Source: Candidatus Thorarchaeota archaeon (GTDB lineage: Archaea > Asgardarchaeota > Thorarchaeia > Thorarchaeales > Thorarchaeaceae). Taken from it: a stretch of DNA of 64,000 bases. The position numbers and the translations under genes were made by a program. Each line of letters opens with the position of its first letter. Positions within the stretch are counted from its first letter, which is position 1. Of the stretch, positions 18,440 to 27,800 are shown piece after piece. Where the stretch lies: contig JBHLRZ010000015.1 of NCBI GenBank assembly GCA_048882045.1, positions 1-64,000 of the forward strand. The letters run 5' to 3'. Below the pieces are notes generated by a model that did no database searches, was not told the origin of the DNA, and worked only from the letters and a program-made list of their open reading frames with translations.

Positions 18440-19315
18440 ATGGATATAGACGGCATTGTGATATTCGATGCGGTTACAGGTATCCCTCTCTTTTCCAGAT
18501 TAAAAGGAAATATAGACCCCTCTCTATTCTCGAGCTTCATCAGTGCGATTGGTCACTTTTCAAGGCAATTGAAGTTTGGAGGTCTCTCATCTTTTTCAAC
18601 AGAAGAGAAAGTGATCTATCTTGCACCAAGGGAGAATATCATCACTGCTTTGATTTCTCCAAAGAGGAAGGAATACCAAGAAGCCTATTCTCTTGCAAAT
18701 GAGCTAGGAAGACAGTTTGAGGAAAAACAGTTAGCAAAAGAACGAAAAGATGACTTTAGCGACATGGCATTTGCTGAGATTGCTGACCAGTATCTTAGAC
18801 GGATTCAAAATCCATTCATGAGTCGGGTTTCGGAATTTATATTGGAACACTATGGCGGGGAGGTTTCTGTCAGACCCAGACTTATGAAACGAGATGGATC
18901 ACAAGGAGTAGTAGACATACTGATTGATTCGAGGATTAAGAAAAACAATAGTGATGGTTCAAGCATGTTCGGTGAAAACTATGGATTCGTCAAAGTTGCT
19001 GACAGTAGAATAGGACGAGTACAAGTAATAGACTTCATTGATTCTTTGGACAACTTTGGGGTATTGTCAATGCATAGGGACGAGATGGTTCTACAACCAT
19101 ACTTTCCATCAAAAGCGATCATTGTTGCCAGGGAATTCGATTCTGATGCATTGAACTATCTCAAAAAACTACCCTCTGACAACGATAGAAGATTTATAGA
19201 TGGAGCCTATGTGTTCGCGGGTCTCAAAATGAAGGGAATTCCAAAGGAAACACGTTGCTTTCTCGACCTCTGGAAATGGCAGGATGACAAAGAACCAGAA
19301 AGGGTTGAATGCTAG
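18440..19315 (+). CDS. Longin domain fused to Mrr-like PD-(D/E)xK restriction-endonuclease-fold domain
   Basis: N: IDGIVIFDAVTGIPLF...DPSLFSSFISAIGHFS; C: GSQGVVDILI...FVKV...IGRVQVIDFI...KAIIVAREFDSDA. Confidence 0.7.
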   Translation: MDIDGIVIFDAVTGIPLFSRLKGNIDPSLFSSFISAIGHFSRQLKFGGLSSFSTEEKVIYLAPRENIITALISPKRKEYQEAYSLANELGRQFEEKQLAKERKDDFSDMAFAEIADQYLRRIQNPFMSRVSEFILEHYGGEVSVRPRLMKRDGSQGVVDILIDSRIKKNNSDGSSMFGENYGFVKVADSRIGRVQVIDFIDSLDNFGVLSMHRDEMVLQPYFPSKAIIVAREFDSDALNYLKKLPSDNDRRFIDGAYVFAGLKMKGIPKETRCFLDLWKWQDDKEPERVEC

Positions 19316-19384
19316 TCGTCCAACCCATTGTGGTCCAATTCTGAAGAGATATTCCTACTCTCAGCAGTAGGAGTCATTCTACAT

Positions 19385-21697
19385 CTACTTGTAATAGGTC
19401 AGAACGACTTCATTTGAGAGGGGAATCAAACGAAGATGCGGAGAGCGACCTTTTGCTGCTCTGTCAACCACGCTTCCTCCATACACCTTTACCATTCGCA
19501 TAGGAACACTGTCTGGAACATGAATCTCTATCTCCTCAGGGAGATATTCAATCCCAGTTTCTATCTGGTGTTGGTTGGCTGACATTCCAATCTCAATATG
19601 GGCTCTTCCAAACTTAGTTGGGAGTCTTTTAATGAGTAGAGGTTTCTTTGAAGAGTACCAAGTCTCAAGAATCCCTGGCAAAAACACGAGGTTGGATACA
19701 TCTTCATGTACCAGCATGTCATTCAACAGGAGGATAAGATCTGCTGCTGCAAGGACACTCGAGCCCGTTCCACCAGAGCCCCCATAAGTTCGAATATCAA
19801 CATAATCAGGTAGTAAATAGTCCTCAGAAAGAAACTCCAGAGACCTCTGAAGATATGTTTCAACTTTGCCTCTCTGTCTGTCAAAGATGTGGAAATGCGC
19901 AAGTCGCAGCGCAAGATGACTTGAGAAAAGTTCGGTCGGTTCTGGTGTCTTCCAGAGGTCTCTTACTATCCGTCGCTTCTCCACCTTGGTGCAGAGTTCT
20001 CTCAGGAACTTCATGTCGAAACTAGTTATCCGTAGTTGAGCCACACTTGTGAGAACGTCGAGAATAGCTCTGTCAATATCATTCATCACTGAATCCTGTG
20101 GCCTTGGCCAGCGAGCTCCTCGTATATCATCAAGCCTAGAACGAATATCACTCTCGATTTGTGCGATGGTGTCCCCAAGCTGTTGCACTAGTGGTGTCTT
20201 CGTTACAACATGAAATCGAACCGCTTCTTTTAGTGCGGCTAAATCCCAAAAACGTTGGTCCAACTCACGCAACGAATTCACATCAACTACAATATAGTGT
20301 TGTAGTGGTGTGTCTTCCTCATCGGAAGTGTCCTCAACCTTTTCTGACACATCTGTTTCTTCAGGAGCTTTCAGAGTTTCGAGTAATTTCTCGGTCAAGA
20401 GGTCGATGTATTGTTTTGTCTGTCCTATTGATTTGGAGTGAGGGGAGTGGCTGTAAATCTGAAGCAGCCCCCAGAGTATAGGACTGAAGATAGAGCGATC
20501 AAATTTTCCTTCTGGAACATCAGATTGTTGAGCAATCTCAATTGTCAAAGTTTCTGCGAGTGGAATGCTTCCTGTCTTTATTAGAGCAATCAGTACACGC
20601 ATTCGCTCACTCCAAGTGAATGATGCTAGGAAAGAGTCCTCGGGGAACATAACTGATCTAGCCTGGATTGCTAACGAAACAGCAGCCTGCGAGAAGACCC
20701 TATCAAGTACAGAATCTGGAAAAGAAACTTTGGCAAGCTGCTCTGAAAAATCATACCACTTTCCTATTGTCTGATCACGGTTATGTTGTCCAACATTCAG
20801 TTCTGATCGGACGATGTCGCGTTTTGTTGACTCGAGGGGTGAAACCAGGAAGAGGCGTTTTGTTCCCGCTGGTGTCAGTTGGACATCGAATCTTAGTATG
20901 GCTGTTGCAAGTCCCTTCTCTGATTCTGTCGAGGTATCTATCCTTGTAGATGCAGTGCGTATTGTTTCAGGAATGTCTTCATTATTGAATTCAGTGAGTA
21001 TCACAGCGGAAGGTTGAATGATAGATTGGAGAGCAGGAATGTCGTTAACAATGACCCGATTCTCAGTTTTGTCGAACTCAATCTTCTCAAGAGGATCCAC
21101 GCCCCAAGGAGAGAGTGGTCGGATAACAACGTAGAACGTGATCTCGGTATTCTCTAAGGCAATGTTTCTCAGGTCAATCTCAGTATATACAAACTCTTCA
21201 TCACCTTGTTTGACATGATAGACTAGTCGAATGAACTCGACAGACTCTACCTCAGTTCGCCATTCATACAACTGGTCTTCAGACGACACAAGATAAAGTT
21301 GAGGACCATCCTTCCCCATGAGTGTAGGGAAAATGAGGTTTTCGCCATCTTGCACCCATACATCGATTGAACCAATATCAGCCCGAGCAGAAGTCAGTCC
21401 TCGCGAGTCTACAATTCCATAGTTTCTAGCTCCTACGCCTCCAACAAGTGACCAGTTTCTGTATGAGTCATTCGAAAACTCTGTAATCAGTGATTCTTCT
21501 GCATCAATCCCTTTGAGGTCAAGTACAGCCCAAGTTGGAAGCATCCATGGTTTGGCATTTAGATAGACAACAGCGTTAAGTTGATTCCTAAGATGTTCTA
21601 TCTCTTCACCAGGAAGTCCAGATTGAGTTGATTTCAGGTTGTGTTTACTAGCTACTCTTCTGAACCGTTCCAAACGAGTAAAGTCATCCACAGCCAA
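19385..21697 (-). CDS. Six-hairpin glycosidase-like protein, possibly degenerate
   Basis: 770 aa; RNWSLVG..VD.RG N-terminal beta domain, helical core, C-terminal MLVHE...FLPG...W...LPTKFG pattern. Confidence 0.55.
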   Translation of the reverse strand: MAVDDFTRLERFRRVASKHNLKSTQSGLPGEEIEHLRNQLNAVVYLNAKPWMLPTWAVLDLKGIDAEESLITEFSNDSYRNWSLVGGVGARNYGIVDSRGLTSARADIGSIDVWVQDGENLIFPTLMGKDGPQLYLVSSEDQLYEWRTEVESVEFIRLVYHVKQGDEEFVYTEIDLRNIALENTEITFYVVIRPLSPWGVDPLEKIEFDKTENRVIVNDIPALQSIIQPSAVILTEFNNEDIPETIRTASTRIDTSTESEKGLATAILRFDVQLTPAGTKRLFLVSPLESTKRDIVRSELNVGQHNRDQTIGKWYDFSEQLAKVSFPDSVLDRVFSQAAVSLAIQARSVMFPEDSFLASFTWSERMRVLIALIKTGSIPLAETLTIEIAQQSDVPEGKFDRSIFSPILWGLLQIYSHSPHSKSIGQTKQYIDLLTEKLLETLKAPEETDVSEKVEDTSDEEDTPLQHYIVVDVNSLRELDQRFWDLAALKEAVRFHVVTKTPLVQQLGDTIAQIESDIRSRLDDIRGARWPRPQDSVMNDIDRAILDVLTSVAQLRITSFDMKFLRELCTKVEKRRIVRDLWKTPEPTELFSSHLALRLAHFHIFDRQRGKVETYLQRSLEFLSEDYLLPDYVDIRTYGGSGGTGSSVLAAADLILLLNDMLVHEDVSNLVFLPGILETWYSSKKPLLIKRLPTKFGRAHIEIGMSANQHQIETGIEYLPEEIEIHVPDSVPMRMVKVYGGSVVDRAAKGRSPHLRLIPLSNEVVLTYYK

Positions 21698-21947
21698 TTC
21701 TTCGAACCTCTTAGATTGAGACAGTTTTCTTCAAACAATAGCTATGCATTCGAGATGTAGAAGTCATTTATTTGTGATGCTGGTGTAGCCCACTGAATAT
21801 TGCGAGAAAAAGACCTGAGCCCGTTTCCATGAGTACTAATAGGAGTGGTAAACCCTTAATAGAGTTCAACCTGAGCTTGACTCCGTTCGATAGAAAATAA
21901 TCAGTCCCTGGACTTATCTAGGCCAAGAAGTATGCGAGGAAGCCAAA

Positions 21948-23150
21948 ATGGCAGAAGTTCTCACCAAACCGTCAAGACGAATCAGAAACATGGTGATGAA
22001 GGAGCTAAGGTTGATAGTCAAAGACAAGGTAGCCCTTCTCCTCATCTTCATGCTTCCAGCAGTTCTGATTGGTATGCTTGCTTATGTCACGAACGAGAGC
22101 GGCTTTGGTGGTATGAGCGCAAGTGGAGGAGGATTGGGTGGTGGGATTGGCGGAGATGGTAATGTCACAGCCACTGATAATGGAAATGAAACAGGTTTGG
22201 GAATCATCTTTGGGATTGTTGACTTGGACACTACAAGGACATACGATGGTGAGGACCTCTCTGAGAACTTAACAGCGTATTTCGAGTTGATAGTGGATGA
22301 AATCATACATTATAATTCAACAGCAGAGGCGTATCGGGGGCTCTATGAGAAGGAGATAACTGCATATGTGGTGATTCCTGACGGGTTTGAAGCTAACCTC
22401 ACAATAAATGAACCCACGTATATCGAGGTCCATTTTGATGGAAACGATCTCTTGGGCTCAGCGAGTGTATCAGGAGTGGTTCAGGGAGCTACAATCCTAT
22501 TTCGTGTGGGCAAATTGTGGATCCGATCTGAAGTCTTCCCAGGAACCGTGATAGAGTTTGCACCTGAAGGAGGATATCTGGAGAGTGTATTCGGAGCATT
22601 CATTGTTATTTTTTCAAGCTATCTGGGTATCGCAATGACCTCAGCACAGTCGATTGTGGGAGACGCTCCTCTTCGAAGGATGCTCTTGACGCCTACAAAC
22701 AGGCTTGAAGTCATCACCGCAAAGGTGTTTGGCTATGTGATCATTGGATTCTTCCAGTCGCTTCTTTTGGTTACCCTTTGGGTCCTAGCTTTTGACCTCA
22801 GTCTAAATACAAGTTTCCTCGCTCTCGTTATTATTATGTGTCTGGCTTCTCTGACAGGTTCAGCGACTGGCATATTGATTTCATCTGTCGCTGGCACTCG
22901 ACTTCAGGCAAATCAGATGTTTCTCTTCGTCCTGTTCGCGACATTGATTCTAGCAGGATTCTTCATTGATGTGGGAGTCTTGGATGAGTATCTACCAATG
23001 AATCAGGCGATGGGGCTGCTAATAGATACTGCATTCAAGGGTCTCTCATTACTAGAGGTTTGGGAAAGAATCCTGAAGTTGCTCGGATTCTCGGTCATAG
23101 CAATGTTAGCAGCTTCGTACATATTCTCGAAAAAACCCACTCTAGGGTAG
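21948..23150 (+). CDS. ABC-2 type transporter permease
   Basis: KELRLIVKDK, extracellular domain with VVIPDGF, LRRMLLTP..RLEVITAK, C-terminal TMs. Confidence 0.9.
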   Translation: MAEVLTKPSRRIRNMVMKELRLIVKDKVALLLIFMLPAVLIGMLAYVTNESGFGGMSASGGGLGGGIGGDGNVTATDNGNETGLGIIFGIVDLDTTRTYDGEDLSENLTAYFELIVDEIIHYNSTAEAYRGLYEKEITAYVVIPDGFEANLTINEPTYIEVHFDGNDLLGSASVSGVVQGATILFRVGKLWIRSEVFPGTVIEFAPEGGYLESVFGAFIVIFSSYLGIAMTSAQSIVGDAPLRRMLLTPTNRLEVITAKVFGYVIIGFFQSLLLVTLWVLAFDLSLNTSFLALVIIMCLASLTGSATGILISSVAGTRLQANQMFLFVLFATLILAGFFIDVGVLDEYLPMNQAMGLLIDTAFKGLSLLEVWERILKLLGFSVIAMLAASYIFSKKPTLG

Positions 23151-23162
23151 GAGTGATCAAAG

Positions 23163-24839
23163 ATGATACAAGATACGGACCGTTCACCTATGGATGACGA
23201 AAAGCCAGTCTTTGTGGAGGAAGCATACTTCTCAGGAACAAGGATAGGAGAGGCCATTGACTGGTGCATTGCACGAGAGGACCGTGAACTCCATGTTGAG
23301 GTAGAAGGAAAACTGACCTCAACTGGAAAAGAAGTCAAGTTCAGGGGGCGTGTCTTAAAGGTCAAGAAAGGCGTCCTAGCAAGAAGGATAGCAGTTTACA
23401 TTGAGGAAGACCTCAGAAGGAGACGCGCGGGAGAGTTGGACAAAGTCCTCACTGTAGGTGGTGACAATTCAAGTCAGGACGATGTTGCATCAACGATGAT
23501 CACGGTTCAGAACTACCTGAAACGAAATATGTCGGATGACTTGTATTATGATGGCAGAGACCTTCAACAGGCTGTAAAAGATTTGGAGAAGATGAAGAGT
23601 CAGGAAGTGGCCTGTACTGTATGGGGGAAAAGAGGGTCTGATAAGCTGCCCATCATGATCAAAGGAGTCATCGTAGGGGCTTCGACTGCACCAGCTCCGA
23701 TTCTTCCAGAGGGTACCCTTGAGGTCAGAGTAGCACCAGAAGGTGATGTCGGAGACCCAAGGATATACCACATAGCACAACCTCAACTTCTGGTCGGTCC
23801 ACGTACTAATCCCAACTTCACTGTACTCGCAAACAAGGTCTACATCATGCCATTTGCCTGGAAGATGGCACCAGAATACAGGGATGTGCTTGCTGCAAGG
23901 AATCTGACTGTCAAGGTCAAGAGCGGACTGAAGCTCATCGAAAATGTGTCCTTCTCTATTCGTGAGGGGGAGATGTTGGCTATCATTGGAGAATCTGGAG
24001 CGGGTAAGTCGACGACAGTGAAGGCACTAATCGGAGATATTCCTAGCACTGGAGTTGCTAGGATTGCTGGTATTGACTCCAAACAGACCCAGAAGGTTCG
24101 TCACTTCTTCGGATACTGCCCTCAGGACCTGTCTTACATGTACGAAACCTTCACTCCTCTTGAGAACATCATCGCATTTGGAAAACAGTATGACATCCCT
24201 GAGTGGCAGCTCATCCAGCGAGGAAAGACATTACTGAGAGACTTTGGAATCTTGGAGAAGGGGAACAACCCCACAAAGGAACTAAGCGGAGGGGAACAGA
24301 GGAGAGTTTCCGTTGGTATCGCACTGGCTCACAAACCGAAGGTCCTGTTGATGGATGAGCCGACAAGTGGCCTGGATCCTGACAACAGAAGTGAACTCTG
24401 GAGCTATCTCACCTACATCAATCAGGAGTATGGCACCTCTATCATAGTCATCACACACTATCCGGTAGAATCAGAGTTCTGCGACAAGGTCGCAGTCTTC
24501 ATGCGAGGTAAGAGTCTGGTCGCCTTCGGAAGTCCTGCAAGGCTAAAGGAATCAATGCCGTCCCGAGGATTCTCAGTGGGTATAGTTCTGGAGGAGGTAG
24601 ACCCAAGAGCCCGAAGGACTCTGGAGAGTGTGAAGGGTGTTCGATTCGTACTCCAGCGTGGAGAACTCCTTAAGGTGTTTACAGATGAACCTCTAGAGGT
24701 CATTGCTCAGAGTTGTGTCACAGCACTGAAGGAACAGAACATCGCAGTGAAGATTGTGAAGACGAAATCTGTAGCTGACATGGTAGATTACTATATAGCT
24801 ATAACACGAGGCTTGATACAGGGTACAATTGAGAAGTGA
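23163..24839 (+). CDS. ABC ATPase (DrrA/CcmA type) with two N-terminal TrmB-C-like domains
   Basis: Walker A GESGAGKS, LSGGEQRR, Walker B LLMDEPT, H-loop ITHY; about 240 aa duplicated N-terminal extension. Confidence 0.88.
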   Translation: MIQDTDRSPMDDEKPVFVEEAYFSGTRIGEAIDWCIAREDRELHVEVEGKLTSTGKEVKFRGRVLKVKKGVLARRIAVYIEEDLRRRRAGELDKVLTVGGDNSSQDDVASTMITVQNYLKRNMSDDLYYDGRDLQQAVKDLEKMKSQEVACTVWGKRGSDKLPIMIKGVIVGASTAPAPILPEGTLEVRVAPEGDVGDPRIYHIAQPQLLVGPRTNPNFTVLANKVYIMPFAWKMAPEYRDVLAARNLTVKVKSGLKLIENVSFSIREGEMLAIIGESGAGKSTTVKALIGDIPSTGVARIAGIDSKQTQKVRHFFGYCPQDLSYMYETFTPLENIIAFGKQYDIPEWQLIQRGKTLLRDFGILEKGNNPTKELSGGEQRRVSVGIALAHKPKVLLMDEPTSGLDPDNRSELWSYLTYINQEYGTSIIVITHYPVESEFCDKVAVFMRGKSLVAFGSPARLKESMPSRGFSVGIVLEEVDPRARRTLESVKGVRFVLQRGELLKVFTDEPLEVIAQSCVTALKEQNIAVKIVKTKSVADMVDYYIAITRGLIQGTIEK

Positions 24840-27800
24840 TAAGATGAAAGGGCTGAAGCTGACCATGAGTCACCTGACGGAGAAGCTGATTGCATATCTA
24901 CTAGTATGCATCATTACAGTCAGTGGACTCACGATTGTTCCACCGGTCGTTGGTATCAGCCAAGTGCCCTATTATGAGGACCCAATCAACAAGATCGATG
25001 AATCATTGATCAACCAGACCTACCTCAATCAACGACTCGATGTGCTTGTGGGATACAACGAGGAAGTCGGAGCGTTCAAGGCGAAGAACGCGATATATTA
25101 TGCTGACAAGAAAGCCGAGATAATCGAAACTTTCGAGTCTATAGGGATGCTCCATGTGAACATCCTTGGCAGGTCCATAGTTGACCTGGCCAGAGAGGAG
25201 TTCATCAATAAGATCTGGTCCAACGAGATGACGCCAATCAAACAGTTCCAGACAACATCCATCCCAGCCTCGAGCACTGAGGATTATGTCCCTCTCATAG
25301 ACAGGATCGGTGCGAGAAACCTCTGGGATGCAGGTTACAATGGTACTGGTACTGTTATCGCTGTCCTGGACACTGGAGTTGATCCACTTCAGACTGATTT
25401 CAGTGTGTCTGCATTCGCATCCTTTGTAGAAGCAGATACTCTTCCTCTCGATCTTATTGGACATGGGACATATGCGGCTTCAGTTTTAGCCAGCTCTGGG
25501 AACAGTTCAGATGGACTCTATGCCGGTATTGCCCCTGGTGCAACATTACTCTCTGCAAAGGTTACGCTTGGAGGGCTCTTTGCTGCCCCCAGCTGGATTG
25601 TTTCAGGAATAGAATGGGCGAGTAGCAGAGGTGCAGATATCATTCTTCTTCCATTCAATACACTAGGAGCACCGGGTGATGCGGTTTCCGAAGCAGTTGA
25701 GATTGCAGCAAAGAAGGGAATCTTTGTTGTTGCAGCATCTGGTGATGATGGCCCGGATTATCTGACAGTAATGTCCCCAGGTGGTAATGCTGCAGCTTTC
25801 TGTGTAGGAGCATACGATACTGAGAGATCAGAAATTCCTGATTTCTCCGGAAGAGGTCCCTCACTATCGCTATTGACCAAACCAGATCTTGTGGCTCCAG
25901 GGGTAGGTGTAGTAGGAGCCAAACCATTCTCAGGCTTAGCGGGATTCGGTTTTGGCGATATTGGACTGGGTGACCTCGGGGATCTTGGTGGACTTGGAGG
26001 CCTACTAGGCGGTTCCATCGGAGAAACATATGATGAGAACTACACCATCGCAGATACAACCTCAGCCTCAGCAGCCATCACCGCTGGTGCGGCAGCGATA
26101 CTTTTGCAGGCATTCGACAGGGTCAGTCCTGTAACTTTAGGTAATGTCCTTAGAGATACTGCAACTTCTATTGGATATGGTGCGAACGATGGTGGAGCAG
26201 GCCTTCTAAATCTCCAGGGAGCCTTTGATTATCTTAGCACACAACAGACACCTGGAGACCCGCACTCACGAACTACTAGTCTCCCATTACTTGCGTTAGG
26301 TCTTGTCGCTGCTAGTGGGACAGATGCTTCCACTACTATGTTGATGAGCAGTTTCGGAACAACACTTGTTGCACTGGATGAACGTAATCTTCAGGACTCC
26401 GGGATTCATTTGATGATGGGGATGTTTTCATTGAAGTGGAACAATGAGGACCCAACAAACCTGATGATGTTCGACGTCAAGAGTGAGTTCCATCAGGTGT
26501 TTTCTGCATCTCAAACAACACCCTACAATCGATACGTAGGTGTATTGTCTCATAATGACACGCTCTATGTCACGTTCCTTGTGGAATCATATAATCTGAC
26601 GACATACTCACCACTTCCACTGACTGCATTTCGAATCACTCCGTTCATATTCAACATGGGCAATGAGCCTATTGAGAATGTCAGTCTCTATGTGTCATAT
26701 TCCTTGGATCTTTATCTTGATGGTGAAGATGACCATGGTAAGTATGACTTGGATGATCAACAGCTCTTTGCCTATGGTCTCTCTGAGTCATTTGGCAACT
26801 TCTACGTCGGGATGAACTCGAGTATCCCACTATCATCATTCGAAGTTGGCAATTCTTCAACTATCTCGAGTCACATAACTGACAACAACCTGACTGAATC
26901 TACAACATATGATGGCTCTGTGGGTCTAGCTATGCAATGGGATTTTGGTATTCTGGATGTCGATGAACTTGCTAATGTTACAATTTCGATGGGATTCGGT
27001 GAGAACAGAACTGTCCTTGATGCCTCGATTGAGGCCATGTGGCTCTATGATGTCCCATCAGGAGTGCTGGACAATGGAGACCTGATGGTAGTCGAGGCAG
27101 ATGTTCCAAGAATTGCTAAGGCAGGCAATACCTACCAGTCCACAGCTGTAATCATGAACATCGGAAATGAGAATACTACAGCCATAGGAGCCATGCTGGT
27201 AATCGAGGGTAGCGTCGAGAATGGAACAATGTTTGCAAGATATTTCAACTATGATGAACTAGAACCATTCAAGCCAAAGAGAATGGTGACAGACTGGCGC
27301 CCAGAAACTGAAGGTGTAAGGACTGCAGCATGGGCGGTTTCAACAGGGCTTAGTCAGATTGTTGGTCTAATATCAAACCCCCTCGAAGGACTGATGACCA
27401 CAGGTGTGGCTATCCTGGATGACTTCTTGCTACGAGATGTGTTCATCATAGATCCTATTCCATCCATATCCGTCTTTCCAAAGATTCTACCATTTGCACC
27501 GTTTGACATAAGATTCCCAGCTGACTTTGGGCTCTACAGCTTTGTGCTCTCGACAACAGAGTCCCTTGGAAACCTCACAATCGCAAATCATGGAAACGCA
27601 TCTGATTGGGGAAATATGTCGCTTACAAGTGCTGACACAATCGAAGGTTTCTATGACTTCTCACTATTTGCCATGGCGCCAGTAATAGGTGTTGATGGAT
27701 ATCATCGATGTGACTACGTCCTTGAAACAGAATTTGGTTGGACGACCAATATCACTCTTGAAAGGGTCATCGAGTACCCACGTGCAATGATGCTTCTCGA

